A stretch of 40,000 nt of DNA from Kolpuevirus sp. 'frurule'. The notes beneath the pieces are model-generated. The model saw nothing but the letters and a program-made list of their open reading frames with translations, ran no database searches and was not told the DNA's origin. Of the stretch, positions 19,093-28,423 are shown in pieces. The DNA is taken from sequence record OQ198718.1; one strand, written 5' to 3'. Position 1 is the stretch's first letter; every line of letters starts with the position of its first letter. The translations under genes were made by a program, and so were the position numbers.

Positions 19093-20270
19093 ACTTTAAT
19101 CTGATTTAAACTTTCAACTACTGTTACAAGCTCTGGATTGTAATCCTCAAGCATTTTCTCAATTATCTCTTCTTCTCTTGTATTGTTGTAGTAAGGTATA
19201 ATTAATACAGGGTTAGGATGTCTTAGTAACCTTCCTAATTTCTGCTTAATCATAGTATCACTACTATTCAAGGAAGCATAGATACCAACCTGACAATCAA
19301 TAAGATTCATACCCTCATTAAGCATATTACATGATGTTATATGATTAATCTTCTTTTGATTGAACTTCTCAAGAATCTCAATAGAGTCTTTATTCTTACT
19401 ATTGATACAGTTCTTACCTAGTATCTCTGTTTGTTCAATAGAGTTACAAAAGGTAAGACTTCTGTGGTTCTTAAGTAACACTTGAAGGTTTTGTACAATA
19501 GGATTCTTAAATGTACCTAGCATTTTTAATCTTAAACCTGCTAGATATAGCCATTTATTTTTAATGACATCATTTTTACTCCTCATATACATTCTCTTCC
19601 AGTATTCAATCTTTGAGCCAATCTCATAGATATATTCTGCTTGAGTGCATAGTACAGTTATAGATGTGTAGGATTTATTCTTAAGATATTTCCATCTGTC
19701 TCCATAATCACAAGTAACCTTCTTTCCTTTAGATGAATTCTTCAATTCTAATGGATACTTCCTATTAGTATTATCCAACTTATAAGGTATAAGATATACT
19801 CTTGGATCAGGTAAAATACCTTCATCTATAGCCTTCTTAGCTGTTACTTGATAACAATACAATCCTTTGAAGTGACACTTTAGTTCATCCTTGAATTTAC
19901 CAACAGTAGCTGACAGTAGTACACACCACTTAAACTTCATAGTATCTATATATCCTAAAGACATCTCAGTAAAATGATGGCACTCATCTGATATTAGCAT
20001 ATCAAATGATTTATCTTTGTGCTTCTTTATTCCTACATAGGTACTAAATGTTACATACTTCAAGTATCCATCAAGCTTCCACTTAGTGAATTCTTCTTTC
20101 CAATTATCTATTAAGACAAGTCTTGGAACTAAGATGAGAATACTCTTAGGTTTTCTCTTATTCATTAAGTCTAAAGCTTGTTTAGTCTTACCAAAGGAAG
20201 TGGGAAGTTCAAGAAGTATGTTACTTGAATCTATAGACTGTATGTCTTTTGATACTTTATCTCTATTCAT
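19089..20270 (-). CDS. SF2 DNA/RNA helicase (DEAD/DEAH-like)
   Basis: ELPTSFGKTKQALDLM (motif I), LISDECHHF (motif II), LLSATVGKF (motif III), KQKLGRLLRHPN (motif VI). Confidence 0.88.
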   Translation of the reverse strand: MNRDKVSKDIQSIDSSNILLELPTSFGKTKQALDLMNKRKPKSILILVPRLVLIDNWKEEFTKWKLDGYLKYVTFSTYVGIKKHKDKSFDMLISDECHHFTEMSLGYIDTMKFKWCVLLSATVGKFKDELKCHFKGLYCYQVTAKKAIDEGILPDPRVYLIPYKLDNTNRKYPLELKNSSKGKKVTCDYGDRWKYLKNKSYTSITVLCTQAEYIYEIGSKIEYWKRMYMRSKNDVIKNKWLYLAGLRLKMLGTFKNPIVQNLQVLLKNHRSLTFCNSIEQTEILGKNCINSKNKDSIEILEKFNQKKINHITSCNMLNEGMNLIDCQVGIYASLNSSDTMIKQKLGRLLRHPNPVLIIPYYNNTREEEIIEKMLEDYNPELVTVVESLNQIKV

Positions 20271-20272
20271 AT

Positions 20273-20746
20273 CTACGGAGGTAATTTACTTACAATTGAT
20301 TTAACTTTACTAATGTACTCAATGTCTTCTGCATATTTAATTCTAAGTAAGAAATGATAATAGTCTTCACCATCCTTTTGCTTATATTCTATCATATTCT
20401 TATATGCTATGATGCAATTGATCCAATGGTCAAAGTTATAATACTGTTGAGCTTTACTATTATACAACCCAAAGATGTTATTCTTCTCTTTACATAGCCT
20501 TGATTTATAATTAGCACTCTCAAGCTTAGCTTGTGCCAATACTATCAAAGGTTCCTTAATCTCATAATAGACAAGGGCTTTTAGCAATGTACTATCATTC
20601 AATTCTTCATTGAGAAACTCTGGTTGTTCTAACTTAACATAATGTGCAGGAGGCTTCTTCTCTATATTGAATATATGAAAGGCAAGTACTGTAAGTCCTA
20701 CCATCCATATAACAATAAATACAGTAATAAAATCTCTTAGTTTCAT
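20273..20746 (-). CDS. Membrane-anchored glucosaminidase-like peptidoglycan hydrolase
   Basis: N-terminal TM segment; VLAQAKLESANYKSRLCKEKNNIFGLYNSKAQQYYNFDHWINCIIAYKNMIE resembles endo-beta-N-acetylglucosaminidase family. Confidence 0.6.
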   Translation of the reverse strand: MKLRDFITVFIVIWMVGLTVLAFHIFNIEKKPPAHYVKLEQPEFLNEELNDSTLLKALVYYEIKEPLIVLAQAKLESANYKSRLCKEKNNIFGLYNSKAQQYYNFDHWINCIIAYKNMIEYKQKDGEDYYHFLLRIKYAEDIEYISKVKSIVSKLPP

Positions 20747-20748
20747 GA

Positions 20749-21558
20749 TTAAACAACTTTAATGATTCTTACATTATCAGGTAATTTCATGTATTCATCC
20801 CAATCTGCATATGAGTTAGTGAAATACACTTCATCATAGTTCTCACTGAGAGTAGTGATACCTTTGGGGTTAACCATGTGAGTTACATAGATAGCTAACT
20901 TCCTATCAGGATTAACCTCTCTAATCTTGTTAGCAATCCCTACAAAGGTTCCACCTGCATCACATAGATCATCCATAACTACAAGAGGAAAGTCTTTGAA
21001 ATCTTCATCTTGAAGTAATTCAGGATTCTCTATATGAAATCCTTCTAATTTACCTGTGTCTGGATTACGAGTTTTGCTACATATGAGAACTTCACCTAAG
21101 GTTTGATACCTATTAACTGCACCTGCATCTGGATATACTGGAATATAACCAGTGAAGTTAGGTATTCTTGACTCCAAATGACCCCAAAACTCCTTAATGA
21201 GGAGTTCTGTCTTGATTGAATGAGGCTCAAGCACATTTACAGCTTCTGGATTCATACTATTGATGAGAGTAGCTACTATCTTTAATGAATATGCTTCATT
21301 AAAGCTAATAACTCTATCCATTCTCATAGACATAAGATAGTATATGTGCATACCAAATGAAACCTCATGTCTATTCAGTATATCTCCTATCTGTAATAGG
21401 ATGAACAAGTCTTTTGGACTTGTAATTCTACACACAACATTAACCTTGTTCTTTCTATCAATACCCTCAAGTTTGATATGAGGCTCACCATCAGGAAATG
21501 TGATAATCTCAAACTTAATATCACTTTTCTCTGGTCTAACTAGATTTAATATCTGCAT
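20749..21558 (-). CDS. Phosphoribosylpyrophosphate synthetase-like protein (candidate ADPR-pyrophosphate synthetase)
   Basis: ITFPDGEPHIKL, VYPDAGA, PRPP-loop-like LVVMDDLCDAGGTF; adjacent to Nampt-like gene. Confidence 0.8.
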   Translation of the reverse strand: MQILNLVRPEKSDIKFEIITFPDGEPHIKLEGIDRKNKVNVVCRITSPKDLFILLQIGDILNRHEVSFGMHIYYLMSMRMDRVISFNEAYSLKIVATLINSMNPEAVNVLEPHSIKTELLIKEFWGHLESRIPNFTGYIPVYPDAGAVNRYQTLGEVLICSKTRNPDTGKLEGFHIENPELLQDEDFKDFPLVVMDDLCDAGGTFVGIANKIREVNPDRKLAIYVTHMVNPKGITTLSENYDEVYFTNSYADWDEYMKLPDNVRIIKVV

Positions 21559-21573
21559 CTTATTTATTTTTAG

Positions 21574-23295
21574 TTAAATACTGGCATTAATATTTCTCCT
21601 AATATCTTCAAGAGTCCAATCAACTAATAACTTATCATCTTCAAAGACAGTTTGAAGGTATCCTTCCTTCTCAAGCACTTTAGATACTTGGTCATAAGCA
21701 TGATAATTACCATACTCATCTAAACCAACTATGATTAGCCCTTTCAATGACTTCTTAACTCCACCATCAGTCTTTGGGTCTTTGAATATGTTATAAGGAT
21801 CACCATTAATCTGACACCAAGTAGCTTTCATAGCAAAGCCTAGGCTATCTCTACTCTTGAATTGATAAGTGAAACTACCATAACCTAATACTAAATTAGT
21901 TGCAGCAAACTTCTTCTCTTCAAGCCTTCTGTAGATTTCTTTCTCCTTGTCTAAATCAATAGAGTCTCCATAGATGATACCAATATGAGAATCGAGAACT
22001 TTGAAACCTTTGTCATTTACAGTTCCACCAAACAAATCCCATAAGATCTCATAAGAGCCTTTATAGATAGTAGGATCTAAAGTTTCGCATTCAAATTTTG
22101 CTTTTTCCCACATATCAATATAGTAGTATTGTTTATCATACCTGTTCCATCCAATATTCTTCAGAGTAATCTTTGTATAAGTTCCATTATACTCAAATAC
22201 CATAGAGTATGAATTTGGACCACATTTACCATGAGGTGTAATTTCACGAACTTTAGAAAGAATTACTTCCTCATAGAAACTTTCAGCTTCTGCAACAGAT
22301 TCAAATCCCTCCTCTGGAATATGAACAACGTCTGCTTCAACCCCACAGATAATATCTACAGGGTCACCACTATCAGGGCGGATAACCACTCTACCATCCC
22401 TAGCTAAGATTTCATCTTTCAATCTAGGCAGATAGTCAGTTATTACTTTCCAATAGTCCCATGTATCTGAAACAATAGATACATAACCAGAAGGATATAC
22501 TTCTGTAATTAGTCTCTTAAATGTCTCAAATTCATCATCTTTACCACCTGCACACATAACTGAATGTTCAGTTGCTGGTATAGTGGCTGCTATTAGTTCC
22601 TTCTCAGCATCTGCATTGTAATACTCTTCAAGTGCTGCAATAGCTGGTATAGTTTCTGAACCACAGAATGAAGTCATGTGTCCCATGCCAGACATAATAG
22701 CTGCTTCAACACCAGCCATACCTCTCATTGAGAAGTCATGAATTAGGAAGTTTAGGTTAACCTCTTCACTAAACCCAGTCTTCTTAGCATGTCTAACTAA
22801 CTCTTTCTTTGCTAATCTAGCACTTGTAGCACTAGTCATTGGCAGCCAAAGTGTAGTTGAAATAAGAGTTTCAAAGTAATTAGTCAGCCAAAAGAAGTCA
22901 GGATGAGTGTTAATGAATGTCAGTGCAGGTACTTTGATAGGACAAAGTGTTCCTTCAGGCAATGCTTTAATCCTAATAGGCAGATATTGTAAGTCCCAAA
23001 GCTCTTCAATATGCTTAGTACCTACTTCATTAGGTCCTAAGAATGTGTTTACTCTCCTAGCAAACTCAGCTACTGCAACATCTCTAGGTTTATCAAAGAA
23101 ATTAAGATGGAACTGCTTGATTAAATACTCCTTGATGAAGTATTGAATACCAAATACTACAACTCCTTCTTCTGCATCAGGCATGTAGTGACAGCTTCTT
23201 GGAGTCCAATTACTATACACATATTCAGTGCCTTCTGGATATTGCCTACGATGGTCTAACTTATAGCCATCAGTTAATAAAATTGCTTCTCTCAT
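21574..23295 (-). CDS. Nicotinamide phosphoribosyltransferase-like protein (candidate nicotinamide-ADPR transferase)
   Basis: ILLTDGYKLDHRRQYPEGTEYVYSNWTPR; NFLIHDFSMRGMAGVEAAIMSGMGHMTSFCGSETIPA; VSDTWDYWKVITDYLP; VIRPDSGDP. Confidence 0.88.
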   Translation of the reverse strand: MREAILLTDGYKLDHRRQYPEGTEYVYSNWTPRSCHYMPDAEEGVVVFGIQYFIKEYLIKQFHLNFFDKPRDVAVAEFARRVNTFLGPNEVGTKHIEELWDLQYLPIRIKALPEGTLCPIKVPALTFINTHPDFFWLTNYFETLISTTLWLPMTSATSARLAKKELVRHAKKTGFSEEVNLNFLIHDFSMRGMAGVEAAIMSGMGHMTSFCGSETIPAIAALEEYYNADAEKELIAATIPATEHSVMCAGGKDDEFETFKRLITEVYPSGYVSIVSDTWDYWKVITDYLPRLKDEILARDGRVVIRPDSGDPVDIICGVEADVVHIPEEGFESVAEAESFYEEVILSKVREITPHGKCGPNSYSMVFEYNGTYTKITLKNIGWNRYDKQYYYIDMWEKAKFECETLDPTIYKGSYEILWDLFGGTVNDKGFKVLDSHIGIIYGDSIDLDKEKEIYRRLEEKKFAATNLVLGYGSFTYQFKSRDSLGFAMKATWCQINGDPYNIFKDPKTDGGVKKSLKGLIIVGLDEYGNYHAYDQVSKVLEKEGYLQTVFEDDKLLVDWTLEDIRRNINASI

Positions 23296-24101
23296 AATTT
23301 ATATTTCTCTTTTTTGTATGCTTCAATATCTGAGATTTTAACTACATAATAGTAGTAATCGTTTACACACCAATTCTTATAAGCAAAAGATTTCCATACA
23401 GTAACTGCATACTGAGAACCATACCCAACTACCTTAGCTATAACAAACTCTTTTAATTGTTCAACAGCCTTCTTTCCATAGATTCCTATTGCTTTATCAT
23501 TAGGGTATTGAAGTGATTCCAATTTAATACTACTAACAAGATACACTGGCAAAAGCATAAGGTTACCTTTAACCACTACCCACATTTTAGTAAGTAGATG
23601 TGGACCTCTTATACCTAAGACAAGAGTTACACTCTTCATAGTCTCAGAGTCTGGAAAATGGCTACTGTTATACTCTATATGTGACCTGTTAAATAGTTCT
23701 ATCCTCTTCTTAGATGCTTTATAATTGAGAATACCATTAGATACATAGAATCCACCCAACTTAAGACCACGATTAGCATAGTTATCACGTTGATGTATAA
23801 ACTCATCAAATATCTCTTGAAGACTTCTTATTTGAGCATATTTACTACCCTCCTGAAGAAATTCTGAATAGACTTTATCTACTGGTCTTCCAACTCTTGC
23901 CATCAGGAATTTCCTTACCTTACTATACGAGATATGTACTGATCCTCTACTAGGTCGACTCCAATAATCACCTTTGTCAGACTGTACTCTCATAGGTAAA
24001 TGAGTAGCATCAATCTTATTCATAGAAGCTCTTCTAGTCTTCTTGTATAATCTTGACTTTTTACGATTGCCTACTCCTTGCATTTTAAATTCATAACTCA
24101 T
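23292..24101 (-). CDS. Hypothetical protein coupled to the Nampt-like gene
   Basis: 269 aa; 4-nt overlap with the downstream Nampt-like ORF. Confidence 0.6.
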   Translation of the reverse strand: MSYEFKMQGVGNRKKSRLYKKTRRASMNKIDATHLPMRVQSDKGDYWSRPSRGSVHISYSKVRKFLMARVGRPVDKVYSEFLQEGSKYAQIRSLQEIFDEFIHQRDNYANRGLKLGGFYVSNGILNYKASKKRIELFNRSHIEYNSSHFPDSETMKSVTLVLGIRGPHLLTKMWVVVKGNLMLLPVYLVSSIKLESLQYPNDKAIGIYGKKAVEQLKEFVIAKVVGYGSQYAVTVWKSFAYKNWCVNDYYYYVVKISDIEAYKKEKYKL

Positions 24102-24268
24102 ATTAAAATAGTTTTATGTAGGTTCTACTACAGTTACCCAACCAATCATACTTATTAAACCAGAAGAATAAATGATATTTATCCCTAGATTGAATTAAAT
24201 CAAGTCTAGGTTTATATCTAATTATTCTACTGGTTATATAAGCTATTAGTGATACAATAACTAATATT

Positions 24269-24817
24269 TTAAGGTACACCATAACCGTTTATAATAACAG
24301 ATTTATTGGTATCTTTCTCCTTTAATTTATTACACAGTACATAGTCAAATCTCTGAAGATACTCATATTTAGAATGTGTTCTTACCTCTTTATCATTCAA
24401 ATAATTATCAATACATAGCATATCCAATGTAGGAATGGTGATATTAGAATCAATATCCTTTAAGATAGTCTCTATGGTGTCACCAGTATGTATAAAATCA
24501 TCTATAACTACAGAGAAAGGTTTATCCTTAGTATCAAGAAATTCTACACCTGACATATTATAGTCATGTGAACTTTCCTCACACTTTCTTGATACTATGA
24601 TATTAACATCATGATGTTTCTTCTTTAAGATATATCCAACAGCTCCAGCTAATATAGTGCCAGAAGTGCCTCTACATATTAATGCAATGCGTTTATCTTT
24701 TCCTGCTATAGTGTGAATAGTACGAGCTACTTCAACTATGTAGTCTCTGTTTCTGTTAAATGAGGCTCCTACAGGATAAGTACAATCGGTATCTTCTTTA
24801 AAATGAATTAACTGCAT
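24269..24817 (-). CDS. Phosphoribosyltransferase-fold protein
   Basis: ALICRGTSGTILAGAVGYIL and PRPP loop VVIDDFIHTGDTI. Confidence 0.75.
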   Translation of the reverse strand: MQLIHFKEDTDCTYPVGASFNRNRDYIVEVARTIHTIAGKDKRIALICRGTSGTILAGAVGYILKKKHHDVNIIVSRKCEESSHDYNMSGVEFLDTKDKPFSVVIDDFIHTGDTIETILKDIDSNITIPTLDMLCIDNYLNDKEVRTHSKYEYLQRFDYVLCNKLKEKDTNKSVIINGYGVP

Positions 24818-24839
24818 ATTATTACCCCCTCCCCCTCAT

Positions 24840-25286
24840 TTACTTGAACAAGACATCTAATTCATCAGAACTGAGCATCTCTAGAGCTTTCTGAGCATCT
24901 TCTTTATTCTTAAAGTATGGTACTGATAATAGAATGTAACTATTACAAAGAACTATTTCTATAGTTCCAATGCTCTTACCAATATAGTAATTATTAGTAC
25001 CAGATGAAGGAACCCAATCACCATTGAAGTATGCAGCTATGGTATATAACTTACTAAGAACCTTTATCTTCTCTACACCACTTGTGGTGATACTACTGAT
25101 GGATATTTGATCTGTAACTAACTTATCACTTCTCCATAGCTCATCAAGTACATCAGAGTAGGTTGTTTTCTTCTTTAGCTCTTCTTCTGAGTAAGCTTCA
25201 AGAGCTAGTTGTTTAAGTGTTATGTTCCCACCTTCATACCACTCTCTAGCTTTCTCTAAGCTAATACTAATATTTCTTTTCTCCAT
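24840..25286 (-). CDS. Paralogous hypothetical family, member 1
   Basis: MEKRNISISLEKAREWYEGGNITLKQLALEAYSEEEL... shared N-terminus with 29097..29540 and 29666..30136. Confidence 0.7.
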   Translation of the reverse strand: MEKRNISISLEKAREWYEGGNITLKQLALEAYSEEELKKKTTYSDVLDELWRSDKLVTDQISISSITTSGVEKIKVLSKLYTIAAYFNGDWVPSSGTNNYYIGKSIGTIEIVLCNSYILLSVPYFKNKEDAQKALEMLSSDELDVLFK

Positions 25287-25313
25287 AATCTTTTAAATTT
25301 AATGAGTTGAAAG

Positions 25314-25348
25314 GAAAAAGAGCCTACTTTCACAAGCAAGCTCTTTTG
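25314..25348 (-). terminator. Candidate rho-independent terminator
   Basis: - strand AAAGAGC...GCTCTTTTT hairpin with T-run after the 25383..25775 ORF; roughly bidirectional. Confidence 0.45.
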
Positions 25349-25382
25349 AAATTGAAATTAAAACGAAAAACAAAAACAAAAC

Positions 25383-25775
25383 TTAATCTTCAAATACTTG
25401 ATAGGTAAATGAAGTACCACCAAGTCCTTCGGCAATCCTCTTCAAGTGAGCTTCAAGTCTCATCTTATCATTCATGCCAGCCCAAGCTCCTGCTTTACAC
25501 CAATAAGGACATAATTCCTTATCAATCATAGCATCATAAGCATCTTTGCTAATGTTTAATGATTGACTTGCAGGAACACTCTTTCTGGTTTGAATAGTAA
25601 GAACTTCTCTGTTTTCACCTTTAGGACCAGATACTTCTATTTTAAACTCATTAAAACTATTTGGTGTGTTTTCAGCCGCCTGCTGACTTAACATTACACT
25701 GCCTGGCAGTGTAATGGAAAGATTTACTTTAACTGTATTATTCATGTTATTTATTGATACTAAAATCAATCTCAA
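25383..25775 (-). CDS. Hypothetical protein
   Basis: 130 aa ORF followed by a candidate terminator. Confidence 0.6.
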   Translation of the reverse strand: MRLILVSINNMNNTVKVNLSITLPGSVMLSQQAAENTPNSFNEFKIEVSGPKGENREVLTIQTRKSVPASQSLNISKDAYDAMIDKELCPYWCKAGAWAGMNDKMRLEAHLKRIAEGLGGTSFTYQVFED

Positions 25776-25886
25776 TTGGTTCCAATACTATTGGTTCAAT
25801 AGCCAACTCTTCTTGGGTTATCTCTATTGCTTTATCATCCCACATATCAGCTATACCAGATTTCTGGGATGCAGTCTCTTCCATAT

Positions 25887-26309
25887 TCATATTTCATTGT
25901 CAAAATCAGGATGTTTATTCATTAAATACTTACTTACATCTAATACTACTAAATGCTGCACTCCTATAGCTGTAATTACTCCTATTATTATATTCTGCCA
26001 TGCAGGCAATACTTCCCATGATGATAGATATAATATACATAGAATAATTGTTATGATTGTAGTATTACAGTATATACAATAACCTAATGGATATGCTAAC
26101 CAAGCCTTGAACCTGTCAATCTTTCTAGGCTTTATGTTAATACACTCATTGCACCATAGGTCATCTTCAATCTCAGCCCAAGGTTTCAACCATTTGTAGT
26201 AGATAAAGTTGAATATCTGATTCTCTCCTTTAAGGCAATTCCTATAGAATAACCCTATTAGCCCTCCTACTAATCCTAGAAGGATAAACTCAAATAACAG
26301 TGTAATCAT
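25887..26309 (-). CDS. Membrane protein with paired-cysteine motif
   Basis: TM segments ITLLFEFILLGLVGGLIGLF and YCNTTIITIILCILYL; W/C-rich GYCIYC segment. Confidence 0.55.
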   Translation of the reverse strand: MITLLFEFILLGLVGGLIGLFYRNCLKGENQIFNFIYYKWLKPWAEIEDDLWCNECINIKPRKIDRFKAWLAYPLGYCIYCNTTIITIILCILYLSSWEVLPAWQNIIIGVITAIGVQHLVVLDVSKYLMNKHPDFDNEI

Positions 26310-26391
26310 CGGTTATACACTTTAAGTTCTTTACCATTACATGAGGCAAACAACATAAATACTCTACTTCCTTTTCTTCTTAGTACTTTCA

Positions 26392-26817
26392 TTACTGTAA
26401 TGCATTAAGTATGCTACTGTGTGTGTCATCAAAGTTGAATTTGTCAATGGGAACTACATAGCTCCAATAACAATAAGTTACTATGTTACCACCCTCATCC
26501 AGAAGATATGCTACATGGTTATCACGAAAATTTCTAAGTCTCCAATCATAACCATCATCACTTACCATTACTGGGGCTTTATCCTTCAAAAAGTAAACAT
26601 CATCCCAGTTTCTTTTATCTTTAGAAGGAAATAACAAGCATTCGCCACCAGGATAATTTTTATAGTATCTACCATCGTTATAAAAGGTAGAGGTTGACTC
26701 TCCTACTCTAACTTCTATCATGGCATCACTTACACTTTTAAGTTCAACTTCTCCAAACAAAGGACTATATAATTTAGTACCTTTAGGAGCATTTTTGAGT
26801 ATTTCTGCTATATTCAT
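26392..26817 (-). CDS. Hypothetical protein
   Basis: 141 aa; APKGTKLYSPLFGEVEL N-terminus. Confidence 0.6.
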   Translation of the reverse strand: MNIAEILKNAPKGTKLYSPLFGEVELKSVSDAMIEVRVGESTSTFYNDGRYYKNYPGGECLLFPSKDKRNWDDVYFLKDKAPVMVSDDGYDWRLRNFRDNHVAYLLDEGGNIVTYCYWSYVVPIDKFNFDDTHSSILNALQ

Positions 26818-27152
26818 TGCTTGAAATAATTAGGTTTATAAAATATTCTTTTCCACCAAGGAAGATTCTCAAATACATTGATGATATTCAATGCCTCGTC
26901 AAGTATAGACAGTCTTTCATCACCATATTCTTTCACAATCTCATGAGTTTTCTCAAATATCTCACTACAGATTCTTCTGATTTGACAGTACAATTTCTCA
27001 GATGGGTCTAATGTTCCACCAACATGAATATTCTTACCTCTCCACCTATAATTAAAATCAATAACTATACTAAGGCGAGGTGTATTACTCTGGCTTCTCA
27101 GTTCATCATATTCTTTCTTTGAAAGAATAACACATTTTTCATTATCTTTCAT
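26814..27152 (-). CDS. Hypothetical protein
   Basis: 112 aa, ATGA overlap with neighbour. Confidence 0.5.
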   Translation of the reverse strand: MKDNEKCVILSKKEYDELRSQSNTPRLSIVIDFNYRWRGKNIHVGGTLDPSEKLYCQIRRICSEIFEKTHEIVKEYGDERLSILDEALNIINVFENLPWWKRIFYKPNYFKQ

Positions 27153-27153
27153 A

Positions 27154-27354
27154 TTATAAATCTATAAGATCACACTTACTAATATACCACTCAAACCAAT
27201 CAGAGATACCAAATATGCTATACATTATAAGCAACTGTATAGCACATATTAGTATAAGTACAATAATCATCTTGCCTAAGTCTGGTATAACTAACCACCA
27301 ACTCTTGACATTCCACCAGTATCTAACTAATGTATTCTTCATAAATAGCACCAT
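27154..27354 (-). CDS. Small membrane protein
   Basis: TM segment MIIVLILICAIQLLIMYSIF. Confidence 0.45.
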   Translation of the reverse strand: MVLFMKNTLVRYWWNVKSWWLVIPDLGKMIIVLILICAIQLLIMYSIFGISDWFEWYISKCDLIDL

Positions 27355-27616
27355 TAGGTTTCATTCCTTCACAATTCTTTTTGACTTTATTTATATACTC
27401 AATTGCTTCTTCCTTTGTACAACATACTGCAATAAGGTAGTTATTGAAGTAAACTCTATACTTGAAAGATTCAAACTCACAATCTAGTATAATTGAGAAC
27501 TTGTTTTTAACAGTCTCAGCCTTCTTACTTTTTACACTATTACCTTTCACTATGTAAAGTGCAACAGCACCAATTGCACACATAAGGATTGTAATCCACA
27601 CTATAATTATTACCAT
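27323..27616 (-). CDS. Small membrane protein
   Basis: N-terminal TM VIIIVWITILMCAIGAVALYIV. Confidence 0.5.
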   Translation of the reverse strand: MVIIIVWITILMCAIGAVALYIVKGNSVKSKKAETVKNKFSIILDCEFESFKYRVYFNNYLIAVCCTKEEAIEYINKVKKNCEGMKPNGAIYEEYIS

Positions 27617-27636
27617 ATCACTATTTTTTAATTAGT

Positions 27637-27795
27637 TTATTGTTCCTTCAAAGTACACTCTACAGGTATTGATTGACCTTTAATATATTGTTTAATTAAA
27701 GTACAATACCTTGTAGTGTGCCTTCTACTATTCCTTATAGTTTTACTCCTGCAATAAGGACATTCACCACAGGAGTATATCCTTATTACTTTCAT
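27637..27795 (-). CDS. Small Cys-rich protein, absent from ORF track
   Basis: Manual translation MKVIRIYSCGECPYCRSKTIRNSRRHTTRYCTLIKQYIKGQSIPVECTLKEQ*; ATGA overlap with the upstream gene stop. Confidence 0.5.
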   Translation of the reverse strand: MKVIRIYSCGECPYCRSKTIRNSRRHTTRYCTLIKQYIKGQSIPVECTLKEQ

Positions 27796-28211
27796 CTCTT
27801 TTCAAGTTTAACTTCAACAGTAATAGGTTCAATATCCTTCCACTCAGTAATCATATTACTATCCACTGGTTTACCACCATTGAATGTACAAATAGTTATG
27901 TGTGGGATTTTATTTACAGATACTAAGGGGAATATATTTACTTTAAAAGCCATAGCTTTATCAGATATTCCTATCCCTATAATCTTTATTTCAAAATCCT
28001 CATGTAATTTATCTATTAGAAAATCATGAAGATTACTATTATCCCACGTTAGTTGAGACCTATGTAATAATGTACAATGGTCTAAGTACCATCCAGTTCT
28101 CTTTTTCATTAACTCACTCTCTGGTGAGTAACCATTAAAGAATAGCCATAAAGCAAGTATATCCTTACTCCCTTGAGTAAGAAATAAGCCATAGTATTCA
28201 TAGTCATCCAT
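27792..28211 (-). CDS. Candidate 2H phosphoesterase-fold protein
   Basis: 139 aa with two HxT motifs, WYLDHCTLLH and KIPHITICTF, about 60 residues apart. Confidence 0.5.
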   Translation of the reverse strand: MDDYEYYGLFLTQGSKDILALWLFFNGYSPESELMKKRTGWYLDHCTLLHRSQLTWDNSNLHDFLIDKLHEDFEIKIIGIGISDKAMAFKVNIFPLVSVNKIPHITICTFNGGKPVDSNMITEWKDIEPITVEVKLEKR

Positions 28212-28422
28212 AATACATTATATTTCTAAGTTGATTATTCAAGAGTTCTCTTGATAACGACTCTATTGGTTCAAAGCCTTCTACTATATGAGCACACTTC
28301 TCTTCAGGTTTAATAGTAAGAACTAAACTACCACGCATACAAACATAATAGTTATCAGTATCATGAGGTCCTGTCATCTCTTTACAGAATCTACAATTCT
28401 TACACTTAGCTTCAATGTTCAT
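28204..28422 (-). CDS. Small Cys-motif protein
   Basis: CKNCRFCKEMTGPHDTDNYYVCMRG...KCAHIVEGFEP. Confidence 0.5.
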   Translation of the reverse strand: MNIEAKCKNCRFCKEMTGPHDTDNYYVCMRGSLVLTIKPEEKCAHIVEGFEPIESLSRELLNNQLRNIMYYG

Positions 28423-28423
28423 A

